Assembly: GCA_963674945.2 (NCBI GenBank)
Contig: CAXXWQ010000001.1
Coordinates: 160,001 to 224,000, forward strand
Source: an uncultured Desulfosarcina sp.
GTDB taxonomy: Bacteria; Desulfobacterota; Desulfobacteria; Desulfobacterales; Desulfosarcinaceae
Direction: 5' to 3'
DNA: 64,000 nt
Below, in pieces: positions 20,045 to 29,991 of the stretch. Under the pieces are notes generated by a model, which worked only from the letters and a program-made list of their open reading frames with translations, did not search any database and was not told the origin of the DNA. The first letter of the stretch is position 1. Every line of letters starts with the position of its first letter. The translations under genes were made by a program, and so were the position numbers.

Positions 20045-20128
20045 GGGATGAAGCGCAGGCGCGGATATCGGACTTCTATGAAACTCGTTCCTTATTCCAC
20101 GCAAAAAGGACTTTTTACGGAGCCGTCA
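20045..20128 (+). repeat. Degenerate right half of repeat family C
   Basis: GGGATGAAGCG..GATATCGGACTT and GGACTTTTTACGGAGCCGTCA. Confidence 0.6.
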
Positions 20129-20925
20129 TGATGGAAGCGCCAGAAAACAGCCTTTTTATCATCACGGGCACCACCCGGGGCATCGGTGCCGCGTTGGTGG
20201 AATCGGCCCTGGCCCAGCCCCATAGTACGGTGGTGGGGCTTTCTCGAAAAAAGAGCCATTACGGGAAGAACCATCAGAACATCCAGATCGATCTGAACGA
20301 TCTCGATGAGATCGGATCGGCCTTCCAGCGTATCCATGTAGACAGGCGGCATGCGCAGGCATTGACCAGCACCGTGCTGGTCAACAATGCCGGCGTCCTC
20401 GATCCCATCGGTCCTGTCATGGATTGCGATGATTCCATGATATCTCAGAATATTCGTGTCAATCTGACGGCGCCCCTGATCGTTTGCCGGCATTTTTATC
20501 ATTTCGCCAAAGGGTTTTCCGGTCACAAATGGATCATCAATATCACTTCCGGTGCCAGTCGATCGCCTTACTACGGTTGGTCGGCCTACGGGGCGGCCAA
20601 GGCCGGTCTGGACATGGCCACCCGGGCCGTGGCCATGGAATTTTCCCGCATCGATCCGAGTTTTTCCGCAATTGCCGTGGCACCGGGAACGGTGGACACG
20701 GCCATGCAGGAAAAGATACGGCAATGCAACCGAAAGCAATTCGACCGGATTGATAAATTCATGCGGCTCAAGGAGGACGGGCAGCTCTCTTCTCCCAGAC
20801 AGGTGGCCGACGCCCTGATCCATCTTCTGCTTGCGGGAAGATTTGAAAACGGCGGACGATACGACATAAGGGAGATGCGAAAGGAAGATATCGCTCTTTC
20901 CCGTGAGCAGTCCGCCGGACAATGA
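20128..20925 (+). CDS. Short-chain dehydrogenase (benzil/sepiapterin reductase-like)
   Basis: TGTTRGIG, NNAG, YGAAK, PGTVDTAMQ. Confidence 0.9.
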   Translation: MMEAPENSLFIITGTTRGIGAALVESALAQPHSTVVGLSRKKSHYGKNHQNIQIDLNDLDEIGSAFQRIHVDRRHAQALTSTVLVNNAGVLDPIGPVMDCDDSMISQNIRVNLTAPLIVCRHFYHFAKGFSGHKWIINITSGASRSPYYGWSAYGAAKAGLDMATRAVAMEFSRIDPSFSAIAVAPGTVDTAMQEKIRQCNRKQFDRIDKFMRLKEDGQLSSPRQVADALIHLLLAGRFENGGRYDIREMRKEDIALSREQSAGQ

Positions 20926-20990
20926 AGATGCCCGTGGCCACCGGTGCCTGCGGTCTTGTTTGCGCAAGGGGAGCCGGCGGCGTTTCGAGA

Positions 20991-21028
20991 CAAAAAGAGG
21001 CAACGCCCCGGCCGGCATTGCCTCTTTG
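20991..21028. terminator. Intrinsic terminator between convergent genes
   Basis: Stem AAAGAGGCAA / TTGCCTCTTT with flanking A/T tracts. Confidence 0.7.
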
Positions 21029-21057
21029 ATGTTGTTCAGACGCTTCTACGCGGGCAA

Positions 21058-21678
21058 CTATATGTTTCCTTTGATGGTTACGCCGATTCGGATGGAATAG
21101 TCGATCGTATACGAGTCAGGATCATCAGAGCAGCTGAGGCAGTAGGTCAACGGCTGGCTGAGATTGTCCAGATAGCCGTTGATGGTATTGATTTGATCCT
21201 GGGTCAGTGACAATGCAGACCAATCTGACGAGGTGCCGCTGACCTGGGCATCGATGGAGAGCTCATCATTGATCGTCAAGGTGCAGGAAATACTGGTGAT
21301 CGAACTCGGGGTCCATACGGCCGTGTATGCGGCATCAACATAGTCTACCGTGATATCGGTTATGTCCACGTTATCCAGACTGTACCCGAATTGGTCTTCG
21401 ATATCGGCTTGCGCTTCATTAATTAACGTTTGCAGGGTGGTGGGTTCTCCGCATTCCTGTACCGCACTTATCACGGACAGGGTCGATGATTTTTGAACGG
21501 TGACCGGATCGAGTTCAAATTCTGCCTGGGCTTCCACATCGACATTCACCACATCTGCTACAAGATCTTCCAAATCGTCTGAACTGCAGGAGACCATGCC
21601 GAATAAAAAGAAGCCAAGAACAACCGTGAGCCCAACATGAATCATGGTTTTTGCCAGATTTTTGTTGCTTTGTCCCAT
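21058..21678 (-). CDS. Putative acidic lipoprotein
   Basis: Signal peptide with lipobox-like MVSC; GGAGG RBS. Confidence 0.75.
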   Translation of the reverse strand: MGQSNKNLAKTMIHVGLTVVLGFFLFGMVSCSSDDLEDLVADVVNVDVEAQAEFELDPVTVQKSSTLSVISAVQECGEPTTLQTLINEAQADIEDQFGYSLDNVDITDITVDYVDAAYTAVWTPSSITSISCTLTINDELSIDAQVSGTSSDWSALSLTQDQINTINGYLDNLSQPLTYCLSCSDDPDSYTIDYSIRIGVTIKGNI

Positions 21679-21892
21679 GGTGCACCTCCGGATTAATTGG
21701 TGATAGGAGTGATGGTGATAAACGAAATCTTGCTTTTGCCAAACGAAAGTAAAGCAAGCTATCCATAGTGCATCATTAATACCATAAGTACAACATGTCG
21801 TATAGCATAAAATCGAAAAGGCGATGGCAGTGTTGCCCTTGTCGCAAGCATTCGAAATCCGTCAAGCCGACCCGCCCAAAGCCGGAAATCGA

Positions 21893-23461
21893 TTATATCC
21901 GTATCGATTGTCCTATTCTGGGAACCACCACTTCGAACCCCCTGGCCTTTAAAAAGTCGGCAAACGCCAGGCTCTGCTCCTCCTCTCCGTGGACCACGGC
22001 GATTCGCTTGATCTTCAAGCCGGATGCATCGATGAACCGCGCCATTTCGTTGCGATCCCCGTGTGCGGAGAATCCGCCGATTTTGACCACCCGTGCTTTC
22101 AGGGGATACTCTTTGTTCAGAATCTTGACGATGGGCGGATCGCCCTTGCGACCCGACTGCGCATAGGCCGTGCCCAGTTCCAATATGCGGCGTCCCAGCG
22201 TATGGTTGGCCATGTAACCGACGATGAGGATGGTATTCTTGGGGTCGTGGATTTTGTAGCGCAGATGGTGCAGGATACGGCCGGCCTCGCACATTCCCGA
22301 TGCGGAGATCACGATATGGGGGGACGTTTCACGCATGAGATCCATGGATGCTTCGACGCTTTCGGTGAAGTGGACCTGTTTGAATGAAAATGGGTTTTTT
22401 CCCTGTTCCAGAAAGATTTTATGGGTCTCGGCGTCGTAGACCTCCGGATGCTCGCCGAACACCTTGGTGATGGCGGTGGCCAGGGGGCTGTCCACATAGA
22501 CCGGTATGCGCGGAACTTCCCCGGAATCGTAGAGTTCGTGGATCACGTATAGCAGTTCCTGGGTCCGACCGTAGGCGAAGGAGGGAATTAAAATCGTTCC
22601 CCCTTGCGCCAAGGTTTCGTTCAGCACCTGTTTCAACCGCGGGCGAAGGTCGATTACCGGTTCGTGTTCCCGGTTTCCGTAGGTGCTTTCCATGATCATC
22701 AGATCCACGTCACGGTCGGGGCCTTCGAAGTTGCTGGCCGGATTTTTTAAAATGGGTTTGTCGTAGCGGCCGATGTCTCCTGAAAAACAGATGGTTCTCT
22801 GGCGGCCATTGACATTGATGTGGATCATGGCGACGGATGATCCCAAGATATGGCCGGCTTCATAAAGGGTGAGGGTGATACCATTGCCGATGGTAACCGG
22901 CGTGCGGTAGGGGATGCCTTCGAATGCCTGCAGGGCCAGTTCCGCATCCGCCACGGTGTAAAGGGGCTCCACGCCTTTGAGCTGGAGTCGGGCCATGTAA
23001 CCGTTGATCGCCTCGGCGTCCAGCCCATGTTTGTTTTTTTTCAACAGCTTCTTGATTTTATCGATGTCCCGCTTACGGTTCCCGCCGCCGGGGGGGATCT
23101 GGGAAAGGGCGCCGCGTACCGTCTTGTAATTGAGGTATAATGCGTCGCTCTCTTGAATATGCGCAGAGTCCAGGAGAAGATATTTACAGGCATCGGCGGT
23201 GGCCCGGGTGCAGTAGATCCGTCCGTTGAAACCGTTTTTGGCAATCAGGGGTATTCTTCCCGAGTGATCGATGTGGGCGTGGGACAATACCATGTTGGTG
23301 ATGATGGCCGGATCAACGGGCAGGACCCGATTTTTCTCCGCCGCAGTCTTTCGCTGGCCCTGGTACATCCCGCAATCCATCAGAATATGACTGTTGTCCG
23401 TGCTCAAAAGGTGCATGGAACCGGTCACTTCTCTCACTGCTCCGTAAAAGGTCACGTGCAT
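21893..23461 (-). CDS. MBL-fold beta-CASP nuclease
   Basis: EVTGS, SHAHIDHSG, GHILGS, ESTYG, SASGM, FSAHGD. Confidence 0.93.
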   Translation of the reverse strand: MHVTFYGAVREVTGSMHLLSTDNSHILMDCGMYQGQRKTAAEKNRVLPVDPAIITNMVLSHAHIDHSGRIPLIAKNGFNGRIYCTRATADACKYLLLDSAHIQESDALYLNYKTVRGALSQIPPGGGNRKRDIDKIKKLLKKNKHGLDAEAINGYMARLQLKGVEPLYTVADAELALQAFEGIPYRTPVTIGNGITLTLYEAGHILGSSVAMIHINVNGRQRTICFSGDIGRYDKPILKNPASNFEGPDRDVDLMIMESTYGNREHEPVIDLRPRLKQVLNETLAQGGTILIPSFAYGRTQELLYVIHELYDSGEVPRIPVYVDSPLATAITKVFGEHPEVYDAETHKIFLEQGKNPFSFKQVHFTESVEASMDLMRETSPHIVISASGMCEAGRILHHLRYKIHDPKNTILIVGYMANHTLGRRILELGTAYAQSGRKGDPPIVKILNKEYPLKARVVKIGGFSAHGDRNEMARFIDASGLKIKRIAVVHGEEEQSLAFADFLKARGFEVVVPRIGQSIRI

Positions 23462-23751
23462 GTCAGCCTCCCTTTTTCCCACTTGAAATCAATACGTTCC
23501 ATCGGTCAGATGCAGTCGATTCACTATCGGCCAAACAGACGAAAAACACAACCGAATTCAGGCGACGACATCGGCCCATTCCATGGATTTCTCCATGCAA
23601 GTGTGATAAGGCAGAATGGAAAACCACAGGAGTCGGGGGGCTGCATTCTGACTCGTGGATTCTTTTCGCAAGAATACGGCAGAGCCCATGAACCAAGATC
23701 TGGTGCAACAGGACCAGGTTTCTATACCGCAACGAAAATATTGGTGTCACG

Positions 23752-24777
23752 ATGAAGGAACTACTGGTCCAGGGAGGCAGAGGAACCTCCCGAATCCTGG
23801 TGGGGGGGGCCATCGACGATGTCGGTGCCCATATCGAGCCCGCACGAACGGTAATCATCACGGACAAAACGGTGCAGGGCCTTTACGGCCAGCGCTTTCC
23901 CGACTGCCCCGTCATACCCATCGGTTCGGGTGAAACGCACAAGACCCTGGAAACCGTGTCAAAGATTTTCGGTCGTCTCGTGGAACTGGAGGCCGACCGG
24001 TCCAGTTTTATTTTGGGCATCGGTGGCGGAATCGTCTGCGACATCGCCGGATTCGTCGCCTCCACCTATATGCGCGGAATTCGATTCGGTTTCGTCTCCA
24101 CAACCCTGCTTTCCCAGGTGGATGCTAGTGTCGGCGGTAAAAACGGCGTGAACTTTGGCGGATTCAAGAACATGGTGGGAACCTTCAACCAACCGGAATT
24201 CGTGATTTGCGACCTCTCCATGCTCAAGACGCTGCCCTACGAGGAATGCCTGTGCGGATTTGCCGAGATCATCAAACACGGCGCCATCGCCGACGGGGAG
24301 ATGCTCGACTTCATCGAAAACAGAAGGGCGAAAGCATTGAACCTGGACGCGGAAACCATCGCCCATCTGGTCTTTCGATCGGTTGAAATCAAGGCCGGCG
24401 TGGTTTCCCGGGACGAGCGGGAGAAGGGAGAACGGAGAAAGCTCAATTTCGGCCACACCTTTGGTCACGCCCTGGAAAAGCTCACGGGTATCCCCCATGG
24501 GCAGGCCGTGGGAATCGGAATGGGAATGGCGGTGCGCCTGTCCGCCGAAAAGGGACTGCTCCCCATTTCCGACGCAGACCGCCTGTCGCAGATCCTGCAC
24601 GATTATGGTCTGCCGATCCGATCCCCCGTGGATGGGCCATCCATGGTGGCCACCATGAGAAAGGACAAAAAGCGGGAAGGCGAACATATCCACTTCGTAT
24701 TTCTGGAGAAACTGGGCGCTGCAAGGGTGGAGACGTTGGATTTCGAAGAGTTGGCACGGCTGGCGGGAACGATCTAA
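23752..24777 (+). CDS. aroB: 3-dehydroquinate synthase
   Basis: GGGIVCD, TTLLSQVDASVGGK, LNFGHTFGHA. Confidence 0.96.
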   Translation: MKELLVQGGRGTSRILVGGAIDDVGAHIEPARTVIITDKTVQGLYGQRFPDCPVIPIGSGETHKTLETVSKIFGRLVELEADRSSFILGIGGGIVCDIAGFVASTYMRGIRFGFVSTTLLSQVDASVGGKNGVNFGGFKNMVGTFNQPEFVICDLSMLKTLPYEECLCGFAEIIKHGAIADGEMLDFIENRRAKALNLDAETIAHLVFRSVEIKAGVVSRDEREKGERRKLNFGHTFGHALEKLTGIPHGQAVGIGMGMAVRLSAEKGLLPISDADRLSQILHDYGLPIRSPVDGPSMVATMRKDKKREGEHIHFVFLEKLGAARVETLDFEELARLAGTI

Positions 24778-24789
24778 TTCAGCAGAGGG

Positions 24790-24968
24790 AAATCCCAATA
24801 CGCAAATAGCAAATTACAAATAAATCACAACTTCCAATTTTTCAAATTCCAAACAAAGCTACAAAAGATTGCGGAATAGGTATACGTTGATTTTTCATCG
24901 TTTCATGTTTGAATATTGGGATATGGCATTTCTTCCATGGATTCTGACTCCTTGATTCTGGATTCTAT
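24790..24968. repeat. AT-rich degenerate short (about 7-mer) repeat tract
   Basis: AAATCCCAA/CAAAT-type units mirrored by TTTGAATATTGGGAT; ends with family-D-like ATTCTGACTCCTTGATTCTGGATTCT. Confidence 0.5.
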
Positions 24969-24980
24969 ATTTTACTTTTT

Positions 24981-26123
24981 ATGCGTTTTTTATTCATCGA
25001 ACCCTTTTACGGTGGATCGCATCGGGATTTTGCAGACGGGTTGATCGGTCACTCCCATCACGACATCCACCTTCTGACCCTGCCGGCCCGTTTCTGGAAA
25101 TGGCGGATGCGTGGTGCGGCCCTTTATTTTACCCAAGTCATCGACGATCTTCGGGCCTACGACGGCATCATCACCAGTGCCATGATGAGCCTGGCCGATT
25201 TTACCGCCCTGTGCGACGGCCGTCGTCCGCCCACACTGGTTTACTTTCATGAAAATCAGTTGACCTATCCCCTTGCTCCGGGAGAACGCATGGACATGCA
25301 ATTCGGTTTCACCGATATCTCCACGGCCCTTTGCGCCGACCGGGTCCTGTTCAATTCACGGTTTCATTTCGATCAGTTCTTTGCCACCCTTCCCGATTTT
25401 ATAAGAAAGATGCCCGAGTTCAAGCCACGGTGGGTCATCGACGATATCCGGAAAAAGGCCCGGGTGGAGCATCCAGGATGCCGATTCGATGCCGACATGG
25501 AAGATCCGGCACCCTGGCCCGCCGGTCCTCCGCTGGTCGTCTGGAACCACCGCTGGGAGTTCGACAAGAACCCGGAAACCTTCTTCTCTGCCCTCGACCG
25601 GGTGGACCGGATGGGGATCGACTTTCGATTGGCTCTTTTGGGCGAAAACTACAAGGTCCGGCCCAAGGCGTTCGTGGATGCCAGATCCCGATTCGGCGAA
25701 AAGATCGTTCAATACGGCTTCGTCGAATCCAGGGAGGACTATTACGAATGGCTCAAGAAGGGAACGGTCGTCGTCAGTACCGCCAATCAGGAGAACTTCG
25801 GCATTTCCATCATCGAGGCCATTCGCCACGGGTGCTTGCCGCTGCTGCCCAATCGCCTTGCATACCCGGAGATCCTGCCAAAGGAATTTCATAAGGATTT
25901 TCTGTATCGGGACGAAGATGAACTTGTGGAAAAACTCGTGTCGCTTTTTCGACGGCCAAAGCATCACAGCGATACGCGGGCGGTACTTTCCGCCATGATG
26001 GACCGCTATGCTTGGCCGTCTGTGATTCGCCGGTATGACCAGGAGTTGGATGTACTGGCCGATGTACAGCCAATTTCAATTTCCAGAAAAATGGATCTTT
26101 CCTTTCCAGAAAAAACCAGATAG
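24981..26123 (+). CDS. DUF3524/GTDC1-like GT-B glycosyltransferase
   Basis: EPFYGGSH, WKWRMRG, YFHENQLTYP, WNHRWEFDK, ENFG, RLAYPE. Confidence 0.85.
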   Translation: MRFLFIEPFYGGSHRDFADGLIGHSHHDIHLLTLPARFWKWRMRGAALYFTQVIDDLRAYDGIITSAMMSLADFTALCDGRRPPTLVYFHENQLTYPLAPGERMDMQFGFTDISTALCADRVLFNSRFHFDQFFATLPDFIRKMPEFKPRWVIDDIRKKARVEHPGCRFDADMEDPAPWPAGPPLVVWNHRWEFDKNPETFFSALDRVDRMGIDFRLALLGENYKVRPKAFVDARSRFGEKIVQYGFVESREDYYEWLKKGTVVVSTANQENFGISIIEAIRHGCLPLLPNRLAYPEILPKEFHKDFLYRDEDELVEKLVSLFRRPKHHSDTRAVLSAMMDRYAWPSVIRRYDQELDVLADVQPISISRKMDLSFPEKTR

Positions 26124-26147
26124 TGGCGAAACACGAGGGAGGAGCAA

Positions 26148-27647
26148 ATGGAAAAGAAATTACCTTATTATCGACACCTTCAAGGCCCGATGTCCTTTCT
26201 CACCTTTTTTTTGATAATAGTCGGATGTGATGGAGGGGGGGATAATTTCTTGCCATCCGTTGAACGCAATGATCCACGCCCCAATGTAATCGTGGTGATG
26301 ACGGACGATCAGGGATTTGCTGACATTTCCGCACAAGAGGTCGTCGATGACATTCAGACGCCAAATATCGATAAAATGGCGCAAAACGGAGTTCGAATGA
26401 CCGCCGCCTATACAACTGCCCCGCAATGCGCGCCTTCACGGGCGGGTCTGGTTACAGGGCGATACCAACAACGCTTCGGTCTGGAAAGCAACAGATACAC
26501 ACCATTGCCCTTATCTACGGATACAATCGCCAAAAGGCTTCAAGATTGCGGTTACGCCACGGGTTTTGTCGGAAAATGGCATTTGGATATTGATAATAAC
26601 TCTGTAAATTGGTTTCAAGAAAACTATCCATCAAGCGATCCCTACACATTTGGCATCGACAGTGTACCGTTTGAAGTCCGCAAACAATATTTCCCCGATA
26701 GCCGGGGATTCGATGACGTCTATTACGGAAAAAAAGATCTATATTGGTGTAATTTCAACTTCAAAGAGCGGAAAGTGGAAGGCGGCTATGTCACAAATAA
26801 CGGCTATCGGCTAGATGTGATCACCGAAGCAGCCCTTGCCTTTATCGATCGGCATCAAGCAGATCCATTTTTTCTGGTTGTTTCTTACTATGGTCCACAT
26901 GTGCCATTGGAGGCGCCCTCGAAATATTTAGAAAATATTCCAACAAATATGCCCGAAAGGCGGCGCTATGCCCTTGCCATGATAGCGGCAATCGATTCCG
27001 GTGTAGGCGCCATCATGGACAGATTGGATGAACACGAACTGCAGACGAGCACGATGGTCTTTTTCGTCAGCGACAATGGCGCCCCTTTGGGAATCCATAT
27101 GGAAGATGTTCCGATCACAAATAATTCCGGTGTTTGGGATGGTTCCTTAAACGATCCCTGGGTGGGTGAGAAAGGAATGCTTTCAGAAGGCGGAGTTCGG
27201 GTCCCGTTTTTGGTCCAATGGGAAGGGAAATTACCGCATGGCATAATATTCAACGAACCAGTAAGTACATTGGACATTGGCGCCACAGCGCTTTCGGTGG
27301 CTGAATCTCCGATGGTTGGTGATTTAGATGGAATCGACTTGGTCCCCATCTTGACAGGAGAAGTTCCAGTCCCCACAGATCGAGTTCTGTATTGGCGTTT
27401 TTGGGATCAGGTGGCGATGAGAAAAGGCAATTGGAAGTACCTCTTGGCGGGGAACCGTGAATTCCTTTTCAGGCTGGACGACCCTAATCCTGAATTCATG
27501 AATATCATTGATGATTATCCCACTATGGCATCGGAGATGAAAGCAGAGTTGACCCAATGGGCGCAATCCATGAAAAGACCTAGAATGACGAGACCTTTCC
27601 TAACGGGTCAAGAGTTGGAGTGGTACAATGCTTATTTTAGCCAATAA
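26148..27647 (+). CDS. Cys-type sulfatase, probably a lipoprotein
   Basis: PNVIVVMTDDQG, CAPSRAGLVTGR, GKWHL, SDNG, EGGVRVP. Confidence 0.92.
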   Translation: MEKKLPYYRHLQGPMSFLTFFLIIVGCDGGGDNFLPSVERNDPRPNVIVVMTDDQGFADISAQEVVDDIQTPNIDKMAQNGVRMTAAYTTAPQCAPSRAGLVTGRYQQRFGLESNRYTPLPLSTDTIAKRLQDCGYATGFVGKWHLDIDNNSVNWFQENYPSSDPYTFGIDSVPFEVRKQYFPDSRGFDDVYYGKKDLYWCNFNFKERKVEGGYVTNNGYRLDVITEAALAFIDRHQADPFFLVVSYYGPHVPLEAPSKYLENIPTNMPERRRYALAMIAAIDSGVGAIMDRLDEHELQTSTMVFFVSDNGAPLGIHMEDVPITNNSGVWDGSLNDPWVGEKGMLSEGGVRVPFLVQWEGKLPHGIIFNEPVSTLDIGATALSVAESPMVGDLDGIDLVPILTGEVPVPTDRVLYWRFWDQVAMRKGNWKYLLAGNREFLFRLDDPNPEFMNIIDDYPTMASEMKAELTQWAQSMKRPRMTRPFLTGQELEWYNAYFSQ

Positions 27648-27813
27648 TTGCCATGACAACCACCGATTGTGTATACGTTTTTGGCAGAAATGAACAACAC
27701 GTATACTTGTTGACAGTGTATGTCCCCACACCTATATTAAAACTTTTTTAAAGTTGGTTAATCGCAATCCAAGAAGATGAATGTAATATTCTATTGATTC
27801 AAAGGAGTGATCC

Positions 27814-28338
27814 ATGAGCAACGTGAAAGAGACCTACAAAGATGAAATCGAACGCGCAACCGCCGTATTCGAGACCAACATGGGCACCTTCGAGGCAGAG
27901 CTGTACGCCAAGGAGTGTCCCGAGACGGTGTGGAATTTCATCAATCTCGCCGAGGGGCGCCAGGAGACGGTCCGTGGGGGAAACTACTATGACGGCTTGG
28001 GTTTCCACCGGGTGATCGAAGGTTTTGTCATCCAGGGCGGCTGTCCATTCGGCAACGGTACCGGCGGCCCGGGGTATCAGTTCACCGATGAGTTCGACCA
28101 GGGCCTTCGGCACGATTCGGCCGGCGTTCTCTCCATGGCCAATGCCGGGCCGGGAACCAACGGCAGCCAGTTTTTCATCACCCTGGCGCCGACGCCCCAT
28201 CTGGATGACCGTCACAGCGTTTTCGGTAAGGTCACGTCAGGCCTGGATGTGGTAATGAAAATCGGTTCCGTGCCCACCGGTCCCATGGACAAGCCAAAGG
28301 ATCCCGTTATCATGGAAAAGGTGACGATTCGGAGATAA
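27814..28338 (+). CDS. Cyclophilin-type peptidyl-prolyl isomerase
   Basis: FHRVI..FVIQGG, SMANAGPGTNGSQFFI. Confidence 0.96.
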   Translation: MSNVKETYKDEIERATAVFETNMGTFEAELYAKECPETVWNFINLAEGRQETVRGGNYYDGLGFHRVIEGFVIQGGCPFGNGTGGPGYQFTDEFDQGLRHDSAGVLSMANAGPGTNGSQFFITLAPTPHLDDRHSVFGKVTSGLDVVMKIGSVPTGPMDKPKDPVIMEKVTIRR

Positions 28339-28341
28339 CAC

Positions 28342-29811
28342 ATGATAGAAGTGAAGACCGTCAACCTGAAGCGTGCCAAGGTTCAGACCCTGGTGGTTCC
28401 CGTGTGTGAGGATGCGGACATTCATGCCGACAAGACCGTGGTGGCATTGGTCGCGCAGGCAAAGACGCTCGAGGAGTTCAGCGGTAAAAAAGGGGAGCGG
28501 GTGACCTTGTTTCAACCCAAAGATACCCGTATCACCCGAACGGTTTTTCTCGGCATGGGAAAGTCCGAGAACCTTTCCGTCGATTCCATCCGCTCTTTTG
28601 CCGGAAAGGCCGTGCGGGTTTGTATCGATGCGGACCTGCCTTCCTTGACCATTGCAACGCCCGCTGCCAAGGGGCTTTCCATGGGGATCCGAACCCTTTT
28701 TTCGGCACTGATGGAAGGTATTGCCCTGGGAAATCACATTTTCGACCGGTACAAGGAAAAGAAAGAGAAAAAGCCGGTACGCCGTTCGACCCTCATGGCT
28801 ACGGCCGCAGAGAAAAAAGAAGTCGACGGGTTGGCCGAATCGGTGACCAGCATATGTGATGCCAGCATCATGGCAAGGGAGTGGGTGACGACGCCGTCCA
28901 ACGACAAGCGGCCTGAAACCTTTGCCCGGATGATTGAGAAAGAGGCGATCGCCTGCGGATTGAAGGTGAGCGTAAAGGACCACAAATGGCTGGAGAAAAA
29001 CAAATTCGGTGCCATGCTGGCCGTAGGGCAGGGCAGTGATGCAAAATCACGCCTGGTGACCATCGAATATACACCGAAACATGCCAGGGAGACACTTGTA
29101 CTGGTGGGCAAGGGGGTGACCTTTGATTCGGGTGGTATCAACCTGAAACCATCGGGAAGCCTCGAGACCATGAAGATGGACATGTCCGGTGCCGCCGCGG
29201 TGGCCGGTACCATGATGGCCGTGGCGCGGCTCAAGCCGGAAATCAAAGTGGTGGGAATCATGCCACTGGTGGAGAACATGCCTTCGGGAACGGCAATTCG
29301 TCCCGGGGATATCGTCCGGTCCTTTGCAGGCAAAACCATCGAGATCGGCAATACGGATGCCGAAGGACGGTTGATCCTCATCGATGCCATGGCCTGGGCG
29401 GTCAAACAGTACAAACCGGATACCCTGATCGACCTGGCCACCTTGACCGGTGCCTGTGTCATCGCCCTCGGCGAGAAGATTGCCGGTCTGTTTTCGACGG
29501 ATCAGAAGCTGGCCGATGCCATCGTGGAAGCGGGGAAGAATACCCACGAACGCTGCTGGCAACTGCCCTTGCCCGATGATTACAAAGAACTGTTAAAAAA
29601 CGATTTCGCCGATCTGAACAACGTGAGCCGCAGCAGATGGGGGGGGGCCATCACGGCAGCGTTGTTTCTCTCCGAGTTCGTCGGCGATACACCATGGGCA
29701 CACATCGACATCGCCGGACCGGCATGGGCCGCCAAGGCTTCGGATTATTGTGGTACCGGAGGAACCGGTTTCGGCGTGCGGCTACTTTGTGATTGGATTC
29801 AGAATCGATAG
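28342..29811 (+). CDS. pepA: Leucyl aminopeptidase
   Basis: GKGVTFDSGG, MKMDMSGAA, NTDAEGRL, ATLTGA, WAHIDIAG. Confidence 0.96.
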   Translation: MIEVKTVNLKRAKVQTLVVPVCEDADIHADKTVVALVAQAKTLEEFSGKKGERVTLFQPKDTRITRTVFLGMGKSENLSVDSIRSFAGKAVRVCIDADLPSLTIATPAAKGLSMGIRTLFSALMEGIALGNHIFDRYKEKKEKKPVRRSTLMATAAEKKEVDGLAESVTSICDASIMAREWVTTPSNDKRPETFARMIEKEAIACGLKVSVKDHKWLEKNKFGAMLAVGQGSDAKSRLVTIEYTPKHARETLVLVGKGVTFDSGGINLKPSGSLETMKMDMSGAAAVAGTMMAVARLKPEIKVVGIMPLVENMPSGTAIRPGDIVRSFAGKTIEIGNTDAEGRLILIDAMAWAVKQYKPDTLIDLATLTGACVIALGEKIAGLFSTDQKLADAIVEAGKNTHERCWQLPLPDDYKELLKNDFADLNNVSRSRWGGAITAALFLSEFVGDTPWAHIDIAGPAWAAKASDYCGTGGTGFGVRLLCDWIQNR

Positions 29812-29892
29812 GGTTTTATTCAGTCCGCAAAGCGGGTGGCCTGGGTTTGGGATGTAACCGGGTGCAACGCACCCGGTTTGAATACAACTAAG

Positions 29893-29984
29893 CAGGTATT
29901 CACCTTCGGCTCGATCCATCCTATCCAATCGGCGACGCGACATCAGATTCATTCTGGCTCCCGAATCCTGGCCTCTGACTCCTG
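29893..29984 (+). repeat. Repeat family D (partial)
   Basis: CAGGTATTCACCTTCGGCTC...ATTCTGGCTCC...CTGACTCCT matches the 43290 and 46876 copies. Confidence 0.8.
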
Positions 29985-29991
29985 TTTTTTG

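Noticed and set aside
19669..20127. Long N-terminal extension of the SDR ORF
   Set aside because: It overlaps two better-supported genes; the SDR motif starts after 20128. The same applies to the extensions at 2300, 47688 and 62636
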